From assembly GCA_964629685.1 (NCBI GenBank), contig CAZVTT010000001.1, forward strand, positions 641,319 to 705,318: a stretch of DNA of 64,000 nucleotides, in the 5' to 3' direction. The DNA is from an uncultured Gammaproteobacteria bacterium. GTDB lineage: Bacteria; Patescibacteriota; Microgenomatia; UBA10105; UBA927. Positions 29,786-38,652 of this stretch are shown in pieces (position 1 is the stretch's first letter; each line of letters starts with the position of its first letter). The notes beneath the pieces are model-generated. The model worked only from the letters and a program-made list of their open reading frames with translations. It had not been told where the DNA came from and made no database searches. The translations under genes and the position numbers were made by a program.

Positions 29786-30985
29786 TTATTCATATCGGAT
29801 GGCGTCAATCGGGGAAAGATCTGCTGCCTTTTTCGCCGGAAATACACCAAAGCTTATTCCGATGACACTGGAAACTCCGAGCGCAATTGCTACGGACTGT
29901 GCGTCTATATATGCAGGAAATATTGTTTGAATGGCAAGTACGACACCAAATGAAAGTAATAATCCTATAATTCCGCCGATAAGAGAAAGGGCAATCGATT
30001 CTGCTAAAAATAAATACAGAATATCCTGTTTGCGTGCACCGAGAGCGCGGCGAATGCCTATTTCGCGAATACGCTCAATAACCGAAACATACATTATATT
30101 CATAATACCTACGCCACCAACGATAAGTGATATTCCGGCAATAGCAACCAGTACGGTATTCATAATGGCAAAAATGGAATTAATGGTATTTAATATTTCC
30201 GTTTGTTCCACCACGGAAAATTCGTCGTCTTTATATTTGTTGGCTAACGCTGCTTTTACGTTTGTTTTGGCTGCCGGTATATTTGCTGCGTCATCTATTT
30301 TTATATACAACGCAATAAATTTTTTATCCGGGTTAAAGCTGGTACCTGCGGTATACGGTATATACAATTGATTATCGAGTGAAGCGACTCCCAAATTCCC
30401 GCCACCTTTCGGTTTGGCCACGCCGATTACCTTGAATTCCTGTTGCGCTGCGGTAATCCTGCGGCCGATAGCGGCTTTTTTTTCTCCGAATAAATGTTCA
30501 GCAGCAGAAGGTCCGAGTATTACAACCTTGTTGGATTTTTCTACATCCGCTCTTTCAAATTTTCGGCCATAATCTATTTCCAGATTGGTAACCTCGTAAA
30601 TTTCGTGGGTAGAAGCCAATATTTGGTATGTTCCGCTGTCACGGTCACCCTGTACTTTAGTGGTTTTTTCAAAGGTGGGAACTGCCAGTGCCACATGGTT
30701 TACCCGTTTGACCCTGGCGACATCCCGGAGATCAAACCGGACATTGGATTGTGCAGGGCCCCCGCCGAATCCTCCTTCTGAGATATTGCCGGGAACTACA
30801 TAAATAAGATTTGTACCCAGGCTTTCAAATTGCTGTTGAATAAATCGTTTCAGTCCTAATCCGAATGCCTGCAACAATACAACGGAAGCCACACCAATAA
30901 GGATGCCCAAGGAAGTCAGTACTGTCCGGACTTTGTTTCTCCGGAAATCGTCTATGGCTGATTTAACAATAAATAGAAAATACAT
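29786..30985 (-). CDS. ABC transporter permease, MacB/FtsX-like
   Basis: It shows the MacB-like topology: an N-terminal TM helix, a large periplasmic domain and a C-terminal FtsX-type TM bundle. Confidence 0.8.
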   Translation of the reverse strand: MYFLFIVKSAIDDFRRNKVRTVLTSLGILIGVASVVLLQAFGLGLKRFIQQQFESLGTNLIYVVPGNISEGGFGGGPAQSNVRFDLRDVARVKRVNHVALAVPTFEKTTKVQGDRDSGTYQILASTHEIYEVTNLEIDYGRKFERADVEKSNKVVILGPSAAEHLFGEKKAAIGRRITAAQQEFKVIGVAKPKGGGNLGVASLDNQLYIPYTAGTSFNPDKKFIALYIKIDDAANIPAAKTNVKAALANKYKDDEFSVVEQTEILNTINSIFAIMNTVLVAIAGISLIVGGVGIMNIMYVSVIERIREIGIRRALGARKQDILYLFLAESIALSLIGGIIGLLLSFGVVLAIQTIFPAYIDAQSVAIALGVSSVIGISFGVFPAKKAADLSPIDAIRYE

Positions 30986-31653
30986 TATGTAATTATTTTG
31001 CCGTCCTTAATTTTTATTTTTCGTCTGGTTCTGGCGGCCACATCTGACTCATGCGTAATAATAACGATAGTTACCCCGTCTTTTTTGTTTAAATCTTCCA
31101 GTAAGTCTAAAATGGTATTTCCTGTGGCCGTATCGAGATTTCCGGTAGGTTCATCGGCAAGTATTAAGGATGGATTCATTATCAGTGCCCGGGCGATGGC
31201 AACCCGCTGTTGTTGACCTCCGGAAATCTTATTGGGATACGAGTTGGCTTTCCCTTTCATTCCAAACCTTTCCAATAATGTGAGAGCCTTTTGTCTTGGG
31301 TCATAATTAAGGGTACGCCGGGCATAGTATACGGGTACCAGAATATTCTCCAAGACCGTAAGCTTATTTATCAGATTAAACTGTTGGAATACGAAACCGA
31401 CGAATTCGTTTCGGAGTGTAGAGAGTTCGTCGTCCGTAAGATGGGAAACATCCCTGTCCCGAATAAATACACTGCCGCGGGTGGGGTTATCCAACAAGCC
31501 TATTATATGCATAATGGTAGATTTACCTGAACCGGAAGGACCTAATATAGCCGTATATTCCTTAGGTTTAATCGTAAAGGTAATGTCGTTAAGCACCGTG
31601 AGGGTTTCCCCTTCAAGAATATATTCTTTAAAGACGTGCTGAAGTTCAATCAT
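30985..31653 (-). CDS. ABC transporter ATP-binding protein (MacB/LolD type)
   Basis: Walker A GPSGSGKST, signature ISGGQQQRVAIARAL and Walker B LILADEPTGNLD are present. Confidence 0.85.
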   Translation of the reverse strand: MIELQHVFKEYILEGETLTVLNDITFTIKPKEYTAILGPSGSGKSTIMHIIGLLDNPTRGSVFIRDRDVSHLTDDELSTLRNEFVGFVFQQFNLINKLTVLENILVPVYYARRTLNYDPRQKALTLLERFGMKGKANSYPNKISGGQQQRVAIARALIMNPSLILADEPTGNLDTATGNTILDLLEDLNKKDGVTIVIITHESDVAARTRRKIKIKDGKIIT

Positions 31654-32656
31654 AGACCGCCGTGCCCTCGTCCAGACCGGAGGTGATTTCTATTGCGTCA
31701 TCCGTTTCCATTCCGATCGTTACATCTTTCTTTTCCCGTTTTCCGTTGGTCATAACGTGTACAAAATATTTACCGTTTTCCGACTGGAGAAACTTACTGG
31801 GAATAGCCAGTGCATTTTCTTTGCGTTTGGTAATAAAGGTAACGTCTCCTGTCATCCCAATCCGGTATGCGTCCGGACTGAGCGGGTAAAGTATCTTTAC
31901 CGTGTACACTGTTCCTGTTTCCCCGGCCTTCGGTAATAAACCGATTTGTTTAATGGTTCCGGTGATTGTGCTCTCGGGGTACGCGTCCAGTACCAGCTGG
32001 CCGGATTGACCTTCTTTTAATCCGATGACTTCATTCTGATCCGCGGTAGCGGAAAAATAAAATGAATCCGGATTTATAACATCTATTTCTGCCAACGAGG
32101 GTAAACTTATATGTACGCCGGCATACGGTGAGCTGACTCTGGTAACGACACCACCAATCGGAGTAGTCATGGTAGAAAGCCGAATGGCAGCATTTTGAAT
32201 TTCTACATCCGCAACTGCATTATTCAGGTCGAACTGGGATTTTTCCAGAATACGCTTAACTTCATCATTAATAATAGCCCGATCGGGATAATCATCGTTG
32301 AGTTGTTCAAAATCCCAGCGGGTTTTACTATATGAATTCAGATATTTTTCCAGCTGTGTGCGTACCTGCTTGGTATCAAGGCGGGCAAGTGTTTGATTTT
32401 TTCTTACGGTATCACCCTCTTTTATCCCTACCCAGGAAAGTATACCGCCGGTTCCAAATTGCAGGGTAACCTTTTCGTCTGCCTCAATATCTCCTGACAA
32501 TGTGAGCGTTTCTTCCAGTGTTTGTTTTTTGACTACCGCAGTTTCCGTAGTCGCTTGCGTATTTTTATTTTTCCAGATACGGTATCCGAAAAATCCCACA
32601 GTACAAAGAAGAATAACAAGTATTATTTTTTTGTGTTTAAGAATAATTGATTTCAT
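31646..32656 (-). CDS. Efflux transporter periplasmic adaptor subunit (HlyD/MacA family)
   Basis: An N-terminal TM anchor is present. The coiled-coil/biotinyl-lipoyl-like/beta-barrel architecture fits this family. It is first in a three-gene operon with the ATPase and permease. Confidence 0.7.
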   Translation of the reverse strand: MKSIILKHKKIILVILLCTVGFFGYRIWKNKNTQATTETAVVKKQTLEETLTLSGDIEADEKVTLQFGTGGILSWVGIKEGDTVRKNQTLARLDTKQVRTQLEKYLNSYSKTRWDFEQLNDDYPDRAIINDEVKRILEKSQFDLNNAVADVEIQNAAIRLSTMTTPIGGVVTRVSSPYAGVHISLPSLAEIDVINPDSFYFSATADQNEVIGLKEGQSGQLVLDAYPESTITGTIKQIGLLPKAGETGTVYTVKILYPLSPDAYRIGMTGDVTFITKRKENALAIPSKFLQSENGKYFVHVMTNGKREKKDVTIGMETDDAIEITSGLDEGTAVYD

Positions 32657-32809
32657 AACAGATACTACCGATATTAGACTATCAGACTATTATTCAGTAT
32701 ATCAGATAACTGCGTTTACTGTGTCTGATATCCGACATATTTACTTCTTTTTCTGACTTGCGGTTTTTATGTAATCCGTGTACAAATACTGATACGGAGG
32801 ATAGTAATT

Positions 32810-33577
32810 ATGGACAGAGAACGGGCGGGAAAAAACACAGGTATAACAATCGGTATTCCACAACTGCTGGTAATTGCGCTGCTTATTATCGGTGCGTATC
32901 TGCTGGGAAACCTGAAAGCTAAAGTTGAATATTTAGAATCGAGTAAAGGTACAGCCGGTGTTGCCAATACTGCGCCAACGGCTGTAGCTCCTCAGGCGCC
33001 GGCCGAACCGCTGACTGCTGATAAAGTACCGAAAGTTACCAAAGACGATTGGGTAAAAGGTAACAGGAACGCTCCGCTTGCTTTGATAGAATATTCCGAT
33101 TATGAATGTCCTTTCTGTAAACGATTTCACGATACTGCAAAGCAAACAGTAGATACGTATAAAGATAAAGTTATGTGGGTGTACCGTCATTACCCGCTTA
33201 GCTTCCATGCCAATGCCGAAAAAGAAGCTCAGGCAGCGGAATGTGCAGGGGAACAGGGCGGTAATGATGCGTTTTGGAAATATACGGATGCGGTATACGC
33301 CAAAACCCAAACCGGAGGTACCGGTTTTGCCTTGGATGCTTTGGTTCCTTTAGCCAAAGAACAGGGATTAAACGAAGCCAAGTTTAAACAATGTTTGGAT
33401 AGCGGTAAGTTTGCGCAGAAGGTTAAAGACCAACAAGATGCAGGCACTGCCGCTGGTGTAAGCGGTACGCCGGGGAACATTATCCTCAACGTAAAAACGG
33501 GCGAAACCAGGTTAATTGCCGGGGCGGTTCCCTTTGAACAAATTAAAACCGTTATAGACGAAATGTTGGCGAACTAG
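32810..33577 (+). CDS. DsbA-family thiol:disulfide oxidoreductase, membrane anchored
   Basis: The CPFC active-site motif is present (YECPFCKRFH), along with an N-terminal TM helix. Confidence 0.75.
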   Translation: MDRERAGKNTGITIGIPQLLVIALLIIGAYLLGNLKAKVEYLESSKGTAGVANTAPTAVAPQAPAEPLTADKVPKVTKDDWVKGNRNAPLALIEYSDYECPFCKRFHDTAKQTVDTYKDKVMWVYRHYPLSFHANAEKEAQAAECAGEQGGNDAFWKYTDAVYAKTQTGGTGFALDALVPLAKEQGLNEAKFKQCLDSGKFAQKVKDQQDAGTAAGVSGTPGNIILNVKTGETRLIAGAVPFEQIKTVIDEMLAN

Positions 33578-33587
33578 TTCCGGAAGT

Positions 33588-34628
33588 TTAGCGCGGGTTT
33601 GGTTTAGCAATGTGTTCGGGAACGGATTTACCCAGGTGTTCATATGCGGTAGCCGTAACCATACGACCCCGCGGAGTTCTCATCAGTAAACCGACCTGCA
33701 TAAGATACGGTTCGAGTACTTCTTCCACCGTACCTATATCTTCCGATAATGCTGCTGCTATGGTTTCCACACCTACGGGGCCACCATTAAAGTGACTGAT
33801 AACAATATTCAGTAACCGACGGTCGGAGCTATCCAGTCCCAGCGTATCCACTTCCAGAACCCTGAGGGATTTGTCTAAGATGGCAACGGAAACGGTGCCG
33901 TCAGCTTCTACCTGGGCATAGTCCCGTACCCGTTTCAGGAGGCGTAATGCTATTCTGGGTGTTCCTCTGGCACGTTTGGATAATTCTTTCAGTGCTGCTT
34001 CATGGACATCGACGGTAAGTTTTTTTGCTGCTTGGGCAAGAATTATTTGTATCTGGTCCGGTTCATAGAAAGACAACCTGGCAATAACACCAAATCTATC
34101 ACGCAGCGGTGCGGACATTAGACCGATTCTGGTGGTGGCACCGACAATGGTAAATTGCGGTAAGTCCAGCCGAAGGGTACGGGCGGAAGGTCCTTTTCCG
34201 ATAACAATATCCAGGTTGTAATCTTCCATGGCCGGATAAATGGTTTCTTCTACCACCTTATTCAACCGGTGTATCTCGTCAATAAACAGAACGTCATGCG
34301 GCTCCAGGTTTGTTAAAATTGCGGCTAAATCTCCTGCCCGTTCAATTGCCGGACCGGAAGTAACCCGCACCTGTACTCCCATCTCTTTGGCTATAATGTG
34401 TGCCATAGTGGTTTTACCCAGTCCCGGCGGGCCATACATGAGAACATGTTCGAGCGCTTCTTTTCGTTTTTTTGCGGCGGCAATGGCTATCCGCAGCGTT
34501 TCCTTTAATTGTTCCTGGCCGTAAAATTCCTGCCAGTTGTCTGCACGCAGTGAGGTGAACAGTTTTTCTTCTTCCGGCGTTACTTCTCCGCCCGGATCTT
34601 TTACGACTGGGATTTTAATGGTACTCAT
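33588..34628 (-). CDS. ruvB: Holliday junction branch migration helicase RuvB
   Basis: Walker A GPPGLGKTT and the RuvB-specific surrounding sequence are present. It overlaps ruvA by 4 nt. Confidence 0.95.
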   Translation of the reverse strand: MSTIKIPVVKDPGGEVTPEEEKLFTSLRADNWQEFYGQEQLKETLRIAIAAAKKRKEALEHVLMYGPPGLGKTTMAHIIAKEMGVQVRVTSGPAIERAGDLAAILTNLEPHDVLFIDEIHRLNKVVEETIYPAMEDYNLDIVIGKGPSARTLRLDLPQFTIVGATTRIGLMSAPLRDRFGVIARLSFYEPDQIQIILAQAAKKLTVDVHEAALKELSKRARGTPRIALRLLKRVRDYAQVEADGTVSVAILDKSLRVLEVDTLGLDSSDRRLLNIVISHFNGGPVGVETIAAALSEDIGTVEEVLEPYLMQVGLLMRTPRGRMVTATAYEHLGKSVPEHIAKPNPR

Positions 34629-35200
34629 GATTTGCCCCCAAGTAGCTTAAGTGTTTTGCGTATTTGTTCAGAGAGGGAAAGTTGAGTATCAGGTAGTAAT
34701 TTAAGTGCTTTAACAATTTCTCCTTTGGCAAAACCCATAGATACCAGTGCCTCTATGACTGCTGCACTATCCGTTCCCTCTTCCTGTAAATTCAGTTCCT
34801 GAATACTTCCAAGTTTTGTTTTCAGTTCGATAATAATTTTTTGGGCATTTTTTTTACCTAAACGGGGGATTGCCGTAAAAAAATCCGTATGTGCATTTGC
34901 TACGGCATCCCTGATTTCTGTTACCCCCTGGTTGATAACCAGCAAAGCGGTACGGGGTCCGATACCGGAAACCGAAAGCAGCAATTTAAAAAGCTGTAAT
35001 TCTTCCGGTGTTTGAAAGCCGTATAAATCCAGAGTATCTTCCCGGACATGGGTATGGATAAACAGCGCTAATGTATTTTGGGGTTTGGTCTTTCCGAGGA
35101 GTGATTCGGTTACATGTACCGCATATCCAACACCATGCACATCTAAGAGAAGCGGATTATGAGTCGTTGTTAAAATAGTACCCTGTAGGTATCCGATCAT
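34625..35200 (-). CDS. ruvA: Holliday junction DNA helicase RuvA
   Basis: A 191-aa ORF with a HhH region (SVSGIGPRTAL). Operon position is ruvC-ruvA-ruvB. Confidence 0.85.
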   Translation of the reverse strand: MIGYLQGTILTTTHNPLLLDVHGVGYAVHVTESLLGKTKPQNTLALFIHTHVREDTLDLYGFQTPEELQLFKLLLSVSGIGPRTALLVINQGVTEIRDAVANAHTDFFTAIPRLGKKNAQKIIIELKTKLGSIQELNLQEEGTDSAAVIEALVSMGFAKGEIVKALKLLPDTQLSLSEQIRKTLKLLGGKS

Positions 35201-35703
35201 ACTAATTTTTGTTTAAGTTTATACGAATATGCGTGCGTTAGGGCTATTGCTACGGCGTCTGCTACGTCATCCGGTTTGGGAGCAGTTGCTAAATGCAGAA
35301 TCCGTGCGATCATTTTTTGAACCTGTATTTTATCTGCCCTACCGTCGCCGCATATAGTACGTTTTACTACGAGAGGACTATATGATACCACGGGGAGATT
35401 CTGTTCCGCAGCGGTTAACAGTACGACACCGCGAGCCTGAGCAACGGGAATAATCGTTTTAGCGTTATTGGAAAAAAATATTTCTTCGACGCCTACGACT
35501 TGTGGTTGGTATTGCCTAATAAGATCAGTTAATTCCGTATGAATTGCGAGTAGTCGGATTTCCGGTTTATCCGTCGCTTCCGTCGTTATGAGACCAAAAG
35601 CTTCCGGTAACGGTTTCCCCGTTAGATCATTCAGTATAGCCCAACCGACTCTGGCGGTACCGGGGTCTACTCCTAAAATACGCATGGCATCATAGTACGT
35701 CAT
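35197..35703 (-). CDS. ruvC: Crossover junction endodeoxyribonuclease RuvC
   Basis: The N-terminus MRILGVDPGTARVGWAIL is the RuvC catalytic-Asp motif. Confidence 0.9.
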   Translation of the reverse strand: MTYYDAMRILGVDPGTARVGWAILNDLTGKPLPEAFGLITTEATDKPEIRLLAIHTELTDLIRQYQPQVVGVEEIFFSNNAKTIIPVAQARGVVLLTAAEQNLPVVSYSPLVVKRTICGDGRADKIQVQKMIARILHLATAPKPDDVADAVAIALTHAYSYKLKQKLV

Positions 35704-35764
35704 CGGCGATATTCATTCAACGCATGAGCAGCGAGTTATAAAACTTTGTATACTTAGAAAACAG

Positions 35765-36142
35765 ATGAAATTTATAATCACATTACTATGCGCGGGATTG
35801 TTTATGGCTTTGGCTAGTCTGCTCTGGCCGCGTTTCAGCGATCAACCTAGGCCCGCGGCGTTAAATCAAATCCGCGATATGGTAATGCGTACTCCTTTGG
35901 GATTCCAGACGGCTACAGTATTGGGTGTTTCGGACGAATCGAATCTGCAACGGTTTAATATGCAGTCCACAATGGGGGATTTAACCGCCAGTGCGGCATC
36001 GGCAGTGCAACAGCGGGCACAAACTATTTTAACTATTCAGGCTGTTAAGCAACTCTCGCAGCAGTTTAAACAATTACCTCCGGATCAGCAGGAACAAATT
36101 AAACAAATCATTTGCCAGCCGGAAGCGATACCGGAGCCCTAA
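35765..36142 (+). CDS. Hypothetical secreted protein
   Basis: A signal peptide followed by a Gln-rich sequence. No domain was recognised. Confidence 0.4.
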   Translation: MKFIITLLCAGLFMALASLLWPRFSDQPRPAALNQIRDMVMRTPLGFQTATVLGVSDESNLQRFNMQSTMGDLTASAASAVQQRAQTILTIQAVKQLSQQFKQLPPDQQEQIKQIICQPEAIPEP

Positions 36143-36145
36143 CCG

Positions 36146-37381
36146 TTACCATCCTAACACTTTACCGACTCCTCCCAGAATTGCACCGAAGGTGATTACT
36201 ATTCCCGAACCAACTAAGAGTACATTTTGCAGTTTGGTATTTTTGTGCACACCCATAAGCTCTTCATTATTGGCAAGTTTGTACAGAAAGAAGAAAATTA
36301 CCGGAAGCATTATGCCATTAAAGTAGTCTGCAATAAGCGTGATGGTGAACAGCTGGAGGTTGGGTAGCATAATAACGACGGTTCCCAGTAAAATTTGTCC
36401 CACAAAAAGCATATAAAATAGTCGGCTTTTTTTGAACGATTCGTCTAAACTTCCTGCGAATCCAAAGAACTCCGAAAAAGCATATGCCGTAGAAAGCGGA
36501 ACAATAGACAACCCCAGAAATCCGGCAATTAACAGTCCCAGTCCGAATAAGGTCCCCGCCATTTGTCCGGCAAACGGTGAAATTGCGCGGGCAGCATCTG
36601 CAGCGTCATGAATGGTTAAGTGGTTAGCAAAAATGGTAGCGGCAACCGCAACCATCATGAAAAGTGAAAAAACATTTGTAAGAATGGCGCCGGTAAATAT
36701 TTCCCAGCGGGAATACTTTAGCTTATCTACCGTAATATTTTTATCTTTTATATAACTGTTTATGAAGAATTGTCCCCAGGCGGTTACGGTGGTTCCCAAT
36801 ACGGCAATAGACGTATACAGATAGTCAAATGTAATCGGACCGGTCGGCATCACAATGGATTTAGCCGCCAGTCCCCAGTCCGGTTTGGCTAGTACGGCAG
36901 AAATAAAATACATAATATAAAATCCGATGAGCAGTAAAAAAAAGCGTTCTATTTTGGAATAGGTAGACATGGTAATGAAGATAAAAAGGGCAATAAGCGT
37001 AATGGGAAGGAAAATCCGGAAATCCAATCCGAATAATGCCAGACCGGCCTGCAGTCCGCCAATATTCTGTAATATGACACCGAAGTTTATAAGAAATAAC
37101 AGAACGAACGTTGCGATAGTAACCCGAATACCGAACCGTTCACGAATCAGATCTGCCAGACCTTTCCCGGTAACTATTGCTATTCTGGCGCCAATTTCCT
37201 GCGTTACCATAAGTACAACCGTGATGGGGATCATCGTGGTGAGTATGCTATAGCCGAATTTTGCAGCCGCGCTGGAATAGGTAGCGACGCCACCTGCATC
37301 GTTATCCGCAAACGCGGTTATTAAGCCCGGTCCGATAACCGCCAGTAATAACACTAGTTGTCGCCAAAATCGTTTAAACAT
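36146..37381 (-). CDS. NRAMP (SLC11) family transporter with non-canonical metal-site motifs, possibly an NRMT-type Mg2+ transporter
   Basis: It has the NRAMP fold (GPGLITAF...GGVATYSSAAAKFGY) and 11-12 TM helices. By manual alignment the TM1 DPGN is replaced by ADNDAGG and the TM6 MPH by TAW, a Met-to-Thr change. Confidence 0.75.
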   Translation of the reverse strand: MFKRFWRQLVLLLAVIGPGLITAFADNDAGGVATYSSAAAKFGYSILTTMIPITVVLMVTQEIGARIAIVTGKGLADLIRERFGIRVTIATFVLLFLINFGVILQNIGGLQAGLALFGLDFRIFLPITLIALFIFITMSTYSKIERFFLLLIGFYIMYFISAVLAKPDWGLAAKSIVMPTGPITFDYLYTSIAVLGTTVTAWGQFFINSYIKDKNITVDKLKYSRWEIFTGAILTNVFSLFMMVAVAATIFANHLTIHDAADAARAISPFAGQMAGTLFGLGLLIAGFLGLSIVPLSTAYAFSEFFGFAGSLDESFKKSRLFYMLFVGQILLGTVVIMLPNLQLFTITLIADYFNGIMLPVIFFFLYKLANNEELMGVHKNTKLQNVLLVGSGIVITFGAILGGVGKVLGW

Positions 37382-37383
37382 AG

Positions 37384-38595
37384 TTAAGATAAATGTTGTA
37401 CCACAGATTCGGTTAAGTCATCCCACGTTACTACACCCAGAATTTGTTTGTGTTCATCTATTATGGGTAATGCCATAAGTTTATATTTAAGCATTTTTTT
37501 AATGGCAATTTCTTCCGGTGTAGACAGATAGGCTACGATCAGATTCTGTCCCATAAATCTGTATGCGGGGGTGTCGGTATTCTGTACTAACAATTCGTGC
37601 AGATTAAATGCTCCGACTAACTGTTGCTGATTGTTGATGACATATACATAGCGTAGGGTAGAAAAATCACTTGACTGTGAACGGACGATGGATACTATTT
37701 TACTGACGGTATCTTCCGGTTTAACCGTAAGATACTCCGAGGTAATAAGTTCACCTATTTCTGTTTTGGATAGTTTTTCCAAATGTTCAATTTCTTTTTG
37801 CTTTTCATGAGGAAGCAAAGAAATAATATCTTTGCGCTTATCCTCAGGCAGCGTCAGTAAAATATCTACGGCATCATCCGGATCTATTAACGCCAGAATT
37901 TCCGCTGCGCGCTGGGGTTTAAAGTGTTTAAATAACGATTGTTGATAGGTTAAATTTAAATTTTGTACTACTTCAGCTTCAAAATCTTCATCCAACAAAT
38001 CCAAAATCCGGGAAATGTTTTTTACGTTCATTTTTTCCAAATGGTCTGCCAGATCTTCCGGACGGATTCTTTCCAGCTTATCTTCTTCTTTGTTTAGTAC
38101 TACTTTTCCGGTTGCCAGTTCCAGCGGTTGTATATCCGCCCAGGAAAGGAAACGGGACGTGAGTGTTCTGCCCAGGCGGGAAAAAATCAGGTTTACCACT
38201 TTTTCTATTTTTAGCCATCGGAGTAACCCCAGTAACCCGATATCTACTCCGGCGATTAAAAAATTAGGTTTATCCTGAATGGCAACGTCGTTTACCCGAA
38301 CTACTTTATTACCGTTAATATCAATTATTTGTTGATTTAATAAGTTTTTCTTAATGAAAAGTTCATTCTCGGATAAGGTTACACTCTGAAAATCTGCAAT
38401 AAGTTCAATATGAGAGTTTATTTTTTTTATTTGCGAAGCGGGGATGAGAAGGTCGTGGTGTTTATCTGTTCGGATGACAATTTTAGTAACAAGTGGCTGG
38501 TCCTGTGCCCGGAAAATCAGGTCTTTAAGTCGACCTATAGCTTTTTTTTCAGACGTGATAACGGTTTTTCCGTCCAGTTCGGCAAAGTACAGCAT
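37384..38595 (-). CDS. Stand-alone MgtE-type cytosolic domain protein (PRC-barrel-like N-terminus, MgtE-N domain, CBS pair) with no TM domain
   Basis: The MgtE N-terminal domain region is present (DLADHLEKMNVKNISRILDLLDEDFEAEV...). A C-terminal CBS pair follows (LPIIDEHKQILGVVTWDDL). There is no hydrophobic segment. A 3-nt gap separates it from the NRAMP gene. Confidence 0.7.
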   Translation of the reverse strand: MLYFAELDGKTVITSEKKAIGRLKDLIFRAQDQPLVTKIVIRTDKHHDLLIPASQIKKINSHIELIADFQSVTLSENELFIKKNLLNQQIIDINGNKVVRVNDVAIQDKPNFLIAGVDIGLLGLLRWLKIEKVVNLIFSRLGRTLTSRFLSWADIQPLELATGKVVLNKEEDKLERIRPEDLADHLEKMNVKNISRILDLLDEDFEAEVVQNLNLTYQQSLFKHFKPQRAAEILALIDPDDAVDILLTLPEDKRKDIISLLPHEKQKEIEHLEKLSKTEIGELITSEYLTVKPEDTVSKIVSIVRSQSSDFSTLRYVYVINNQQQLVGAFNLHELLVQNTDTPAYRFMGQNLIVAYLSTPEEIAIKKMLKYKLMALPIIDEHKQILGVVTWDDLTESVVQHLS

Positions 38596-38652
38596 CTATA
38601 AATTCACGCCACTGCATGGCGTTCCTCCCGAAAATATACACCTACAATAGTA

